The notes under the pieces: model-generated | The model's input: the letters and a program-made list of their open reading frames with translations, nothing else | Told to the model about the DNA's origin: nothing | Databases searched by the model: none | Translations under genes and position numbers: made by a program | Part shown: piece by piece, positions 48,029 through 57,896 of the stretch | Layout of the letters: the number at the start of each line of letters is the position of its first letter | Numbering within the stretch: position 1 is the first letter of the stretch | Assembly: GCA_963813535.1 (NCBI GenBank) | Contig: CAWEZH010000002.1 | Coordinates: 480,001 to 544,000, forward strand | Length of the DNA: 64,000 nt | Direction of reading: 5' to 3' | Source: an uncultured Chloroflexia bacterium | Lineage (GTDB): Bacteria; Chloroflexota; Limnocylindria; Limnocylindrales; CSP1-4

Positions 48029-48994
48029 GTGGCAAGTCGGGCCCGCATCGCGGCGTCCATCCTCGACGCCGACCTCGGCAATCTCGCGTACGCCGTCCGC
48101 CGTGTGGTCGCCGCCGGCGCCGACCGGGTCCATCTCGACGTGATGGATGGGCATTTCGTCCCGAACCTGACGTTCGGTCCCAAGACCATCAAGGCGCTCC
48201 GCCCTCGGACGACCCTCCCGTTCGATGCGCATCTCATGATCGCCGAGCCCGGTCGCTATATCGAGGAATACATCGATGCGGGCTGCGACTCGATCACGTT
48301 CCACGTCGAGATCGAGGAACCGATCGGGCCGACCCTGCAGGCGATCCGGGACGCGGGACGGGCGGTCGGCCTCGCCGTCAAGCCGGGGACGCCGGTATCC
48401 GCCCTCGAGCCCTACGCGGAGCTCCTCGACATCGTCCTGATCATGACCGTGGAGCCCGGTTTCGGCGGGCAACAGTTCATGAAGGACGTGCTTGCGGCCA
48501 AGACGTCCGGAGCGCGCGATGTGCTGCGCCACAAGCTGTACGGCGGCGAGATGCATGTCGACGGTGGCATCAACCGCGAGACGGCCGAGATCGCCGGTTC
48601 CCTCGGGGTCGATGTGTTCGTGGTCGGCTCAGCCCTGTTCGTCCGCGGCCGCGACATGGGCCGCGAGGTCCGGCTCATCCGAGCCCTTGCCGACGAGGGC
48701 TTCCAGTACGGCCCCAACGATGGCAAGCCGCCCATCCCGACCGACCAGATGACGCCGTTCACGTCGTTGCCGAAGCACCTCGCCCATCGCCTGATGGACG
48801 AGATCGAGGCGACCGGCATCCCCGTGATGATGTTGCGCGGCGACGGGCAGATCAATCCGGACGGCGTGCGTGACTACGACCTGCTCATCCCGGCGTCGGT
48901 CGAGGAGCACGTCATCGGCGCGCATGGTCCGTCACGGGATCGCTTCCAGGCCGAGGCGGACGCCTGGCGTGCCTCGTTCGCGACCAAGGCGTGA
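48029..48994 (+). CDS. rpe: Ribulose-phosphate 3-epimerase with ~100-aa C-terminal extension
   Basis: HLDVMDGHFVPN, DAHLM, MTVEPGFGGQ, VDGGI, VVGSA. Confidence 0.93.
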   Translation: MASRARIAASILDADLGNLAYAVRRVVAAGADRVHLDVMDGHFVPNLTFGPKTIKALRPRTTLPFDAHLMIAEPGRYIEEYIDAGCDSITFHVEIEEPIGPTLQAIRDAGRAVGLAVKPGTPVSALEPYAELLDIVLIMTVEPGFGGQQFMKDVLAAKTSGARDVLRHKLYGGEMHVDGGINRETAEIAGSLGVDVFVVGSALFVRGRDMGREVRLIRALADEGFQYGPNDGKPPIPTDQMTPFTSLPKHLAHRLMDEIEATGIPVMMLRGDGQINPDGVRDYDLLIPASVEEHVIGAHGPSRDRFQAEADAWRASFATKA

Positions 48995-49437
48995 GAGCCC
49001 TCCTGCAGCGGACGACCGGAGCGTCGGTCCGCGTCGGTGCGCAGGTCGTCGCGTCGATCGGGCAGGGGCTCGTGGTGCTGGTCGGTGTCGGCCACGATGA
49101 CGACGCGAGTGTGGCCGACGCCCTCGCACGCCGCGTGGCCGAGCTGCGAATCTTCCGCGACGAGGAAGGTCGGACCAACCGGTCGCTCGTCGACGTCCGC
49201 GGAGAGGCGCTGGTGGTGTCCCAGTTCACGCTCTTCGCGGACACGAGCCGCGGTCGCCGACCCGGGTTCACCGGCGCGGCCACGCCGGAGAAGGCCGATC
49301 GGCTCTACGAACGGTTCGCAGCCGCACTCCGCGAGCATGACGTGCGGGTCGAGACGGGCCGCTTCGGGGCCGAGATGGCGGTGGAGCTGGTGAACGATGG
49401 GCCGTTCACGATCTGGCTCGACAGCGCCGAGCGATAG
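48991..49437 (+). CDS. dtd: D-aminoacyl-tRNA deacylase
   Basis: MRALLQR, VSQFTL, GRRP, NDGP. Confidence 0.96.
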   Translation: MRALLQRTTGASVRVGAQVVASIGQGLVVLVGVGHDDDASVADALARRVAELRIFRDEEGRTNRSLVDVRGEALVVSQFTLFADTSRGRRPGFTGAATPEKADRLYERFAAALREHDVRVETGRFGAEMAVELVNDGPFTIWLDSAER

Positions 49438-49457
49438 GGCGCCCGAGGGCGCGAGGC

Positions 49458-49655
49458 CTACTTCGAGGCCTTGAGCATCGTCCGTCGGCAGCGGGTGCAG
49501 ACGAGCGCCTTGACCGGCGACCCGTGGCGGTCTATGACGAGCGGCTGCAGGTTGGGTTGCATGCGACGGTGGGCTCGGACGCGGTTCGATCCCGACGACT
49601 GCGGGTTGAACCCGCCCATCGAGACCTTGCCGCAGATCGCACAGGAGCGAGCCAT
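49458..49655 (-). CDS. rpmB: 50S ribosomal protein L28
   Basis: CAICGK, PNLQ, VCTRC; divergent from asp23-fakA. Confidence 0.92.
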   Translation of the reverse strand: MARSCAICGKVSMGGFNPQSSGSNRVRAHRRMQPNLQPLVIDRHGSPVKALVCTRCRRTMLKASK

Positions 49656-49778
49656 GGGATCCTCAGGAAACGGTTCAAAAAAGAAGCGCTGGACCGACGG
49701 GTCCGAGCGGGGCGGTATGATAGCACACGCTTTCGGCCACCCCGCCGCGAGAGCCCTCGAGGGAGGACCCCAGCCAGC

Positions 49779-50204
49779 GTGGCCATCCGTCCGACGCCCG
49801 GACGTTCACTCGTCACGGGCCGCGCGCTTCGCGATATCGTCCGGACGGCGACCCTCGGTTCGTACGGCGTCACCGGTTTCGCCGCAGGGCCGCTCGGTCG
49901 CCTGTTCGATCGCCTCGGGCTGGGCACGCCCGGCCTGGCGGTGCGCATGGACGATGGCATCGAGATCGAGCTCGACCTGACGGTCGCCCTGGGCGTCCCG
50001 GTCGCCGAGGTCGCCCGGCAGGTCGACTCCGCGATCCGCTACTCCGTTCGCCGTGCGCTCGATCAGGACGTCGGACGCATCACGATCCACGTCGGCGGTC
50101 TGCACGTGCCTGCCGGTGGCGCGCTTCCCCAGTCACCGACGGCACTGCCCGTCGGTAGCGTTCGGCCGCGCGACCTGGCCGACAGCGGGACGGACGTCGC
50201 CTAG
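49779..50204 (+). CDS. Asp23/Gls24 family protein (YloU-like)
   Basis: SYGVTG, GVPVAEVA, ITIHVGG; upstream of DAK2. Confidence 0.82.
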   Translation: MAIRPTPGRSLVTGRALRDIVRTATLGSYGVTGFAAGPLGRLFDRLGLGTPGLAVRMDDGIEIELDLTVALGVPVAEVARQVDSAIRYSVRRALDQDVGRITIHVGGLHVPAGGALPQSPTALPVGSVRPRDLADSGTDVA

Positions 50205-51920
50205 ATGGCCCGCCGCTCGTGTGACGGCAACGGGCTTCTCGAGGCATTCCGGGCGTCCGTCGCCAACCTCGAGGCGCACGTCGACGAGATCAACAGCCTC
50301 AACGTCTATCCCGTACCCGACGGCGACACGGGCTCGAACATGTTCGCGACGGTGAAGGCGGCGCTGGACGAAGCCGACGCCGTGGCCGGCCAGTCGGCCG
50401 ACCGGGTGGCCGCCGCGATCAGCTTCGGGGCGTTGATGGGGGCCCGGGGCAACTCCGGCGTGATCACGAGCCAGATCTTCCGGGGCATGGCCGAAGCGCT
50501 CGGCGGCAAGAAGCGCTTCAACGGGCTCGATCTCGCCCACGCGCTCAGCGAGGGCGCCAGGACGGCCTACGGCGCGGTCGCCAAACCCGTCGAGGGCACG
50601 ATCCTGACCGTGATCCGGGAGGCGGCGGCAGGTGCCGTCGAGGCGGCGGAGCATGACGACGACATCGAGACCGTGCTCGGCGCAACGCTGGCAGCGGCCG
50701 AGCGATCGGTCGCCAGGACACCGAGTCTGCTCGCCATCCTGCGCGAAGCGGGCGTCGTCGATTCGGGCGGGCAGGGTCTGTATCGGCTGTTCCAGGGCGC
50801 CCTGCTGCACCTGACCGGCAAGACGCCGGTAGGCGCCGCTCGCGGTCGCCGGAGCCAGGGCCCGAAGCCCAGCACGCTGGTCGCCCACGCGGACGAAGGG
50901 TTCGGCTACGAGACGATGTTCCTGCTGCGCGCACGCGGTCACGATCCGCTCGATGTCGATGCGATCCGCGACCATCTCGAGTCGATCGGCGAGTCCGTGC
51001 TCGTCGCGGGTGACGGCCGAGCCATCAAGGTCCACGTCCACAGCGAGCGTCCCGACCAGGTCATCGGCTTCGGCCTGTCGCTGGGCGACATGAGCCGGAT
51101 CACGGTGGAGAACCTCGACGATCAAGCCCGGGACGTCCGTGAGACCCGCGCTGCCGAGTTCACCGGAGCGCCGGCACCCGCACCGGCCGAGGCGGGCGAC
51201 GCGCCGGCAGGGCCGCGATCGGTCGCGGGGGAGGGGAACGGGACGGGACCGTCGAGCGCCTTGCCGAGCCTCGCCGTGATCGCGGTGACCGCCGGCGATG
51301 GTCTCGCGGCGATCTTCCGCGACTTCGGGGTGGCGTCAGTCGTCCAGGGCGGCCAGTCGGCCAATCCGAGCACCGGCGAGCTGCTCGAGGCCGTCGGCGC
51401 CGTCAAGGCCAGAGAGGTGCTGCTCCTCCCGAACAATCCGAACGTCGTCCTCGCTGCCCGCCAGGTCGCGTCCATGACGGATCGCGTGGTGCAGGTGGTC
51501 CCGACTCGCAACGCGGCCGAGGGCTTTGCGGCGCTGCTGGCTCTCGACCCAGGCATGGATGCGGAGTCCAATGTCGCCCCGATGACGGAGGCCGGCCGGG
51601 CGATCCAGTCGCTGGTCGTGACCGAGGCCGTGCGCGACGCGACGATCGGCGGCAAGAAGGTGAAGCGCGGTCAAACGATCGCGCTCGATCCGGACGACGG
51701 CCTCGTCGCGGTCGACGGCGATCGCGAGACGTGTGTTCGCAAGGCGATCGTGGCGCTGTCACCGGGCTTCGAGCTGGTCACGCTGTTCTACGGCGACGGC
51801 GCCGACCTGGCCGAGGCCGAGGCGATCGCCCGGTTGATCGGCACGGTCGTGCGCGGCGCCGAGATCGAGGTCCGGCACGGCGGCCAGCCCTACTACCGGT
51901 ACCTCATCTCGGCCGAGTAG
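50205..51920 (+). CDS. fakA: DAK2-domain fatty acid kinase FakA (YloV-like)
   Basis: NVYPVPDGDTG, GARGNSG, PVEGTILTV, VVDSGG, GGQPYY. Confidence 0.92.
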   Translation: MARRSCDGNGLLEAFRASVANLEAHVDEINSLNVYPVPDGDTGSNMFATVKAALDEADAVAGQSADRVAAAISFGALMGARGNSGVITSQIFRGMAEALGGKKRFNGLDLAHALSEGARTAYGAVAKPVEGTILTVIREAAAGAVEAAEHDDDIETVLGATLAAAERSVARTPSLLAILREAGVVDSGGQGLYRLFQGALLHLTGKTPVGAARGRRSQGPKPSTLVAHADEGFGYETMFLLRARGHDPLDVDAIRDHLESIGESVLVAGDGRAIKVHVHSERPDQVIGFGLSLGDMSRITVENLDDQARDVRETRAAEFTGAPAPAPAEAGDAPAGPRSVAGEGNGTGPSSALPSLAVIAVTAGDGLAAIFRDFGVASVVQGGQSANPSTGELLEAVGAVKAREVLLLPNNPNVVLAARQVASMTDRVVQVVPTRNAAEGFAALLALDPGMDAESNVAPMTEAGRAIQSLVVTEAVRDATIGGKKVKRGQTIALDPDDGLVAVDGDRETCVRKAIVALSPGFELVTLFYGDGADLAEAEAIARLIGTVVRGAEIEVRHGGQPYYRYLISAE

Positions 51921-51927
51921 CGGCTGC

Positions 51928-54147
51928 ATGGCGCGGAGCCCCGCGGCGACGCGGGCGGCGAAGACACCACCGCCGCCGACCGACCCGGTCGAGCTGCTGG
52001 CGACGCCGCTCGCTCGGTCCGGTCTGGGCGCGGCAGCACTCCTGCGGCGGGCGGGCATCCGCCTCGGCTGGTACGACGTTCGTGACCTGCTGTTCCATCT
52101 TCCCCGGCGATACGACGACCTGCGCGAGCTCTCGCACCTCGGGGATCTCGTGTGGGCGGAGGAGGGGACCGTCGTGTCGGCCCGGGTGCGGGTCGAGAAC
52201 GTCCGCGTCGAGGCCTCGTGGCGACGTCGCGTCCAGCGGACGATCGCTCGCCTGAGCGACGAGACCGGTCAGATCGAGGCGACGTGGTTCGGTCGGCGGT
52301 TCATCGAGCGTCGCCTCCATGCGGGTCAGGAGATCGTGGTGTCGGGCCGGCTCAAGCGGTTCGGGCGCAACCTGACGATCGACAACCCGGAGTTCCAGGC
52401 CGTGGACGCCGACGGTGCGGTGCTCCACGCGGGCCGCATCGTGCCGGTCTACCGGTTGACGGCCGGTCTGACCGCGGCGCGGCTCCGGGTCGCCATCCGG
52501 GAGGCCCTCGACAAGGCCGGCCGCGCGTATCCCGAATACCTGCCCGCGGACCTGCGCCGCGACGAACACCTCATCGACGTCGCCGACGCACTCGAGTCGG
52601 CACACTATCCCGAGTCCTTCGAGGGCCGTGACGCGGCGCTGCAGCGGCTGGCATTCGATGAGTTGCTCGCCCTGCAGCTCGGGATGGTCGGGCGCCGCCG
52701 GGCACGTGGACGCGACCGATCGCCCGCCATCGAGATCGACGCGGCGACCGACCGTTCGATCCACACCGCCCTCATCGACGCCCTGACGACGAGAGTCGGG
52801 TTGCCTGTCGAGCTGACCCCGGATCAGGACGGCGCGATCGACGCGATACGCGCGGACCTCGGGCGTTCGACCCCGATGCTTCGGCTCCTCCAGGGCGATG
52901 TCGGCTCGGGCAAGACGGCGGTGGCGGCATATGCCCTCGCAGCGGCTGCCCGGGCCGGCTTCCAGGGTGCGCTGCTAGCACCGACCGATCTCCTCGCGCG
53001 GCAGCACCGCGACACGGTCGGGGCGCTGCTCGAAGGCGCCGGCGTGGGCGTCCTGCTGCTCACGGGATCGCTCAACGCTCGCGACCGGGCGCACGCGAAT
53101 GACCTCATCGCCTCCGGGCAGGCATCGGTGATCGTCGGCACGCACGCGCTGCTGAGCGAGTCGGTCGCATTCGCGCGCCTGGGGCTCGCGGTCATCGACG
53201 AGCAGCATCGATTCGGCGTCGAGCAACGCGGTCAGTTGGAGGCCAAAGCGGGTGGCGACGTCAGCCCGCACGTGCTGCTCATGACCGCGACACCGATCCC
53301 GAGGACGCTCGGGCAGGTGCTGTACGCCGACCTCGACGTGTCCGACCTGCGGACGCCGCCGGCGGGCCGGGTTCCGATCCGGACCGGCATCCGGACGGCG
53401 GATCGTCTCGACCCGACATGGCAGAAGGTGCGCGAGGAGGCAAGCGCCGGGCATCGGACCTTCGTGGTCGTGCCCCTCATCGAGGAGGGCACCGACGGGA
53501 TCGACGACGGCAGTACGGGCGGGGCCGTCGCCGCGGAATCCGAGGCGGAGCGGTTGCAGGAGCTCCTGGTCCCGCTGCGGGTCGGCCTCGTCCACGGCCG
53601 CATGAAGCCGGCCGACCGCGACGCCGAGATGTCGCGTTTCCGCGACGGCGAGATCGACGTCCTGGTCGGCACCACCGTCATCGAGGTGGGCGTGGACGTG
53701 CCTGAGGCGACGATGATGATCATCCAGAACGCCGACCGCTTCGGCCTCGCCCAGCTGCACCAGTTGCGCGGACGTGTCGGTCGCGGGACGGTGGAGTCCT
53801 ACTGCGTCCTCGTGTCCGATTCGACCGATGAGACCGCGGTCGCGCGGCTCAAGGCCGCGGCCGAGCTGAACGACGGCTTCGAGCTCGCGGAGCGCGACTT
53901 CGAGCTGCGCCGGGAGGGGGACGTCCTGGGCTTCGCGCAGAGCGGCCTGCCCGGCCTTCGCGTGGCGTCACTGGCGCGTGGCGATCACCGCGAGCTGGCC
54001 GTCCGCGCTCGTGCGGCCGCCGAGGGATTGCTCGACGAGGCTGGTTCCCTGGACCCGGCCCGGCCGGACCTCGCGCCATTCGCCCGCGAACTCGAGTCGG
54101 GCTGGCTCCGCCGGCTCGTGGCCGCGGATCCCGCGTCCGGCACATGA
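51928..54147 (+). CDS. recG: ATP-dependent DNA helicase RecG
   Basis: QGDVGSGKT, DEQHRFG, TATPIPR, QLRGRVGRG. Confidence 0.97.
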   Translation: MARSPAATRAAKTPPPPTDPVELLATPLARSGLGAAALLRRAGIRLGWYDVRDLLFHLPRRYDDLRELSHLGDLVWAEEGTVVSARVRVENVRVEASWRRRVQRTIARLSDETGQIEATWFGRRFIERRLHAGQEIVVSGRLKRFGRNLTIDNPEFQAVDADGAVLHAGRIVPVYRLTAGLTAARLRVAIREALDKAGRAYPEYLPADLRRDEHLIDVADALESAHYPESFEGRDAALQRLAFDELLALQLGMVGRRRARGRDRSPAIEIDAATDRSIHTALIDALTTRVGLPVELTPDQDGAIDAIRADLGRSTPMLRLLQGDVGSGKTAVAAYALAAAARAGFQGALLAPTDLLARQHRDTVGALLEGAGVGVLLLTGSLNARDRAHANDLIASGQASVIVGTHALLSESVAFARLGLAVIDEQHRFGVEQRGQLEAKAGGDVSPHVLLMTATPIPRTLGQVLYADLDVSDLRTPPAGRVPIRTGIRTADRLDPTWQKVREEASAGHRTFVVVPLIEEGTDGIDDGSTGGAVAAESEAERLQELLVPLRVGLVHGRMKPADRDAEMSRFRDGEIDVLVGTTVIEVGVDVPEATMMIIQNADRFGLAQLHQLRGRVGRGTVESYCVLVSDSTDETAVARLKAAAELNDGFELAERDFELRREGDVLGFAQSGLPGLRVASLARGDHRELAVRARAAAEGLLDEAGSLDPARPDLAPFARELESGWLRRLVAADPASGT

Positions 54148-54156
54148 CTCACCGCG

Positions 54157-54768
54157 ATGGCTGACGCGGGCCGGGTCATCGCCGGCAGCGCTCGGTCGAT
54201 CCGACTCGACGCCCCTGGTCCCGGGACGCGCCCGATGGCAGACCGTGTCAAGCAGACGCTCTTCGGGATCCTCGAACCGGACCTGCCGGAGGCCCGCTTC
54301 CTCGATCTCTTCGCCGGGAGTGGCGCGGGCGGGATCGAGGCGCTGTCGCGCGGAGCCAGCCACGCCACCTTCGTCGAGCGGGATGCCCGGGCCATCCGCA
54401 CGATCCGCGCCAACCTGGAGCGGACGGGGTTGGTCGCCGCAGATCGCGCGACCGTGGTCCGTGCCGACGTGCTGACCTGGCTGCGCGACCCGGCCCGCGC
54501 GTCGGCGGCGAGATACGACGTGGTGCTCGTGGATCCGCCGTACGACGACACGGCCGCTCTGACGGCGGCGCTCGAGGATCTCGGCCGGCAGGTGGCGGCG
54601 ACCGGCCGGGTCGTGGCCAAGCACTTCTGGCGGACGCCACCGCCGGCCACGGTCGGGCTGCTAGCATCCGATCGCGTGCGTCGCTTCGGCGACACGGCGC
54701 TGACCTTCTACCGCCTGCGCGACCCGACAGGGTCGGCGAGCGACGATGCCAGCACGGAGGACGGATGA
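54157..54768 (+). CDS. rsmD: 16S rRNA m2G966 methyltransferase
   Basis: RVIAG, LDLFAGSG, EALSRGA, DPPY. Confidence 0.93.
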   Translation: MADAGRVIAGSARSIRLDAPGPGTRPMADRVKQTLFGILEPDLPEARFLDLFAGSGAGGIEALSRGASHATFVERDARAIRTIRANLERTGLVAADRATVVRADVLTWLRDPARASAARYDVVLVDPPYDDTAALTAALEDLGRQVAATGRVVAKHFWRTPPPATVGLLASDRVRRFGDTALTFYRLRDPTGSASDDASTEDG

Positions 54769-55259
54769 GCGTCGCGGTCTACCCGGGCTCGTTCGACCCG
54801 ATCACGAACGGCCACCTCGACATCGTCGAGCGGGCCGCGAGCGTCTTCGACACCGTGGTCGTCGCCGTCCTGGCCAATCCGAAGAAGGCCCCGCTCCTAT
54901 CGGTCGAGGAGCGGATGGAGGTCATCCGCGCCGCCCTCGCCGCGCACGACGTGGCGGACGAGCGGATCGAGGTCACGTCCTTCGAGGGCCTCACGGTCGA
55001 GTTCGCCCGGGCACGTGGCGCCAGCGCGATCGTCCGCGGTCTCCGGGCGATCAGCGACTTCGAGTCGGAGATGCAGCTCGCCCACAACAATCGGGTCCTG
55101 GCGCCCGAGGTCGACACCATGTTCTTCATGACCTCGGCCGCCAACAGTTACGTCAGCTCGAGCCTGGTCAAGGAGATCGCCGCGTTCGGTGGCGATGTCT
55201 CGACCATGGTCCCGACCGCGGCCAGGGCGGCACTGGAGCGGGCGCTGGGGCGTCGCTGA
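54765..55259 (+). CDS. coaD: Pantetheine-phosphate adenylyltransferase
   Basis: YPGSFDPITNGH, RGLR, VSSS. Confidence 0.97.
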   Translation: MSVAVYPGSFDPITNGHLDIVERAASVFDTVVVAVLANPKKAPLLSVEERMEVIRAALAAHDVADERIEVTSFEGLTVEFARARGASAIVRGLRAISDFESEMQLAHNNRVLAPEVDTMFFMTSAANSYVSSSLVKEIAAFGGDVSTMVPTAARAALERALGRR

Positions 55260-55304
55260 CCGAGCGGCCCGTGCCATAATCGACGACGCAGGAGGGCCAT
55301 CGAC

Positions 55305-55871
55305 ATCGACATCATCTTCCTCGTGGAGCGCCTCGAGTCGCTGATCGCCAACGGCAAGAAGCTGCCGCTCACGACGAACGTGGTGGTCGACCAGAACGCG
55401 GCGCTGGGCCTCATCGACGAGCTCCGGGTGGCCGTGCCCGAGGAGGTCCGTGCGGCCAAGCGGATCAACTCCGAGGGTGAGCGCATCATCGAGAAGGCCC
55501 AGGAGGAGTCGGAGCGCATCGTCGGCCGAGCCCAGGAGCAGGCAGCCTTCCTGATCGACGAGCGTGGGCTCACGCAGGCGGCCGACGCCGAGAGCCGCCG
55601 CATCATCGAGGATGCCCACGCCGATGCCGACCGGATCCGCGCCGGCGCCGACGAGTACGCCGTGAGCGTCCTCGAGGGCCTCGAGACAGACGTCCACAAG
55701 ACCCTGCAGAGCATCGAGAAGGGTCTCAACCTGCTCGACGAGCGCCGCGCCACGTTGCTGGCGACGACCGCGCCGATCGATGACGAAGCGCTCCCGCCGG
55801 ACGGCGAGTTCGTCGAGGACGATCAGTTTCACGACGAGGCGGAGGACGCCGCAGCGCCCGCCCGGACTTGA
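55305..55871 (+). CDS. SepIVA/DivIVA-like coiled-coil protein; start probably ATC at 55305
   Basis: DIIFLVERLESLI, VPEEV, GADEYA; lies between coaD and DUF177. SD GGAGG at 55291-55295; first canonical start is GTG 55323. Confidence 0.8.
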   Translation: MDIIFLVERLESLIANGKKLPLTTNVVVDQNAALGLIDELRVAVPEEVRAAKRINSEGERIIEKAQEESERIVGRAQEQAAFLIDERGLTQAADAESRRIIEDAHADADRIRAGADEYAVSVLEGLETDVHKTLQSIEKGLNLLDERRATLLATTAPIDDEALPPDGEFVEDDQFHDEAEDAAAPART

Positions 55872-56425
55872 CCGCCGTGAGCGCCCCTTCGACCGACAGC
55901 CCGCTGACGTGGAACGTGGCGGGCCTCCTCTCGGATGGCGTCGGTGCCGACCGGTCGTATGACGTCTCTGACGTCTCGATCGACCTGCCCGACGACCTCC
56001 AGCTCGCCTCGCCGATCGCCGGCCAGGTGCGCGTCAGTCGAACCAATCGCGGCATCCTCGCCGACGCACGACTTTCGACGTCGCTCGCCGGCGAGTGCGC
56101 CCGCTGTCTGCGGCCGCTGACGACGCCGATCGACATCGTGCTGAGCGAGGAGTACCTGCCGTCGATCGACCTCGCGAGCGGCCGGCCGCTTGACACGGAG
56201 TCGGAGCCGGAGGTCCTTCGCCTCACCGATCACCACGAGGTGGATCTCGAACCGCCCGTGCGCGACGCGATCTCGCTTGCTGAGCCGATCGCCCCGCTCG
56301 ACCGGCCCGATTGCCCGGGTCTGTGCGCGGTCTGCGGTCTGCCACTCGACGAGGGCGAACACGACCATCCGGACGACGACATCGACCCTCGCCTCGAGGC
56401 CTTGAAGGCATTCAAGCCCGACTGA
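55868..56425 (+). CDS. DUF177/YceD family protein
   Basis: ECARCL, CPGLCAVCG, IDPR; upstream of rpmF. Confidence 0.92.
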   Translation: MTAVSAPSTDSPLTWNVAGLLSDGVGADRSYDVSDVSIDLPDDLQLASPIAGQVRVSRTNRGILADARLSTSLAGECARCLRPLTTPIDIVLSEEYLPSIDLASGRPLDTESEPEVLRLTDHHEVDLEPPVRDAISLAEPIAPLDRPDCPGLCAVCGLPLDEGEHDHPDDDIDPRLEALKAFKPD

Positions 56426-56644
56426 AGCGATCGTGCGTGGCTTGCTCCCGCTGGCGGATCAGGAGTGCGCGCCGTCGGCGCACCCGAGCGGGATCGCCGG
56501 TCCAGGCGCCCGCCGACCGACCAAGGACGCTGACGGTCGAGCACGTTTCGCGGTAGACTCCGCCGTCGGCGCGAAGCGCGCTCCCATCCCGAGCGCCGCC
56601 CGTACCGAACCCGCACCACGAAACGAAGGAGCCCACGAGACCCC

Positions 56645-56857
56645 ATGGGTGTACCCAAGCGACGCGTCTCGCACGCGCGCCAGGGCGAGCGTCGCTCGCA
56701 CCTCGCCATCGACCTGCCCGACCTCGAGGAGTGTTCGCACTGCCACGAGATGAAGTTGCCGCACCGCGTCTGCCCGAATTGCGGGTACTACCAGGGCCGC
56801 CTGGCTGTGCCGCCCAAGCCGGTCAGCAGCAGCGGCGGCGACGACGCCTCGCGCTGA
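56645..56857 (+). CDS. rpmF: 50S ribosomal protein L32
   Basis: VPKRRVS, CSHC, HRVCPNCGYY. Confidence 0.96.
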   Translation: MGVPKRRVSHARQGERRSHLAIDLPDLEECSHCHEMKLPHRVCPNCGYYQGRLAVPPKPVSSSGGDDASR

Positions 56858-56861
56858 TCCG

Positions 56862-57896
56862 GTGGTCCGCGTCGCCTTCGACGCGATGGGCGGCGACCAC
56901 GGCCCGGCCGAGGTCGTCCCAGGTGTCCTCGACTACGCCCGCGCGCATCCAGACGTCGAGCTGATCCTCGTCGGCGACACCGACACCGTCCGTGGGATCG
57001 CCGGCCCGCTCCCCGACAACGTCCGCATCGTCCACGCCGGTTCCGTCGTCGGCATGGACGAGCACCCGGCGCAGGCGATCCGGGAGAAGAAGGACTCGTC
57101 GATCCTCGTGGCCACGCAGCTCGTCCGCGATGGCGAGGCTGACGCGGTCGTGACCGCCGGCCACACCGGTGCGGGGATGGCGGCCGGCATCCTCAAGCTC
57201 GGCCGGCTGCCGGGCGTCGACCGGCCCGGGCTGGCCGTCCAGATGGTGACGGACACGGGGCCGATGGTGCTCATCGACATCGGTGCCAACCCCGACTCGA
57301 CACCGGAGAACCTCGCCCAGTACGCGCGGATGGGCGCCATCTTCGCCGAGCGCGTCCTGGGTGTCGACACGCCGCGCGTCGCGTTGCTGAGCATCGGCGA
57401 GGAGAAGGGCAAGGGCGATGCGCGGATCCAGCGCGCGACCGATCTGCTAGACGCGTCGACGCTTCGGTTCGTCGGCAACGTCGAGGGCCGCGACCTGACC
57501 AAGCATCTCGCCGACGTCGTCGTGACCGACGCTGTCGCGGGCAATGTGGTGATCAAGTTCTTCGAGGGGCTCTCGAGCTTCATCTTCGACCTGTGGCGAG
57601 CCGAGTTCCGGCGGACGTGGCGAGGCCGGCTCGCGTACCTGTTGATGCGCCCGGGCATCACCCGCATCCGGTCGGCGTTCGACTACGAGATGCACGGCGG
57701 ATCCCCGTTGCTCGGGGTGAAGGGGACGGTCATCATCACCCACGGCAGCGCGAGGCGGCGGATGATCGGGTTCGCCTGCGACGTGGCCGCGCGGACAGCC
57801 GCCGCGAAGGTCCCGGAGCTCATCGCAGAGGCACTCGCCGCGGACAACGAACGGCTGGCCGGTGTTCCGGCGGCGAGCGAGGAGGTGGCGACGTGA
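56862..57896 (+). CDS. plsX: Phosphate acyltransferase PlsX
   Basis: DAMGGD, GVDRP, DIGAN, GEEKGKG, GNVEG, HG. Confidence 0.96.
   Translation: MVRVAFDAMGGDHGPAEVVPGVLDYARAHPDVELILVGDTDTVRGIAGPLPDNVRIVHAGSVVGMDEHPAQAIREKKDSSILVATQLVRDGEADAVVTAGHTGAGMAAGILKLGRLPGVDRPGLAVQMVTDTGPMVLIDIGANPDSTPENLAQYARMGAIFAERVLGVDTPRVALLSIGEEKGKGDARIQRATDLLDASTLRFVGNVEGRDLTKHLADVVVTDAVAGNVVIKFFEGLSSFIFDLWRAEFRRTWRGRLAYLLMRPGITRIRSAFDYEMHGGSPLLGVKGTVIITHGSARRRMIGFACDVAARTAAAKVPELIAEALAADNERLAGVPAASEEVAT

Noticed and set aside
56426-56550. Nested stems between DUF177 and rpmF suggesting an ncRNA
   Set aside because: Stems are 6-7 bp, partly mutually exclusive, and match no RNA family I recognise; plausible by chance at this GC.
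32096-56857. S18, L28 and L32 all carry zinc-binding Cys motifs
   Set aside because: These are the ordinary ancestral forms.
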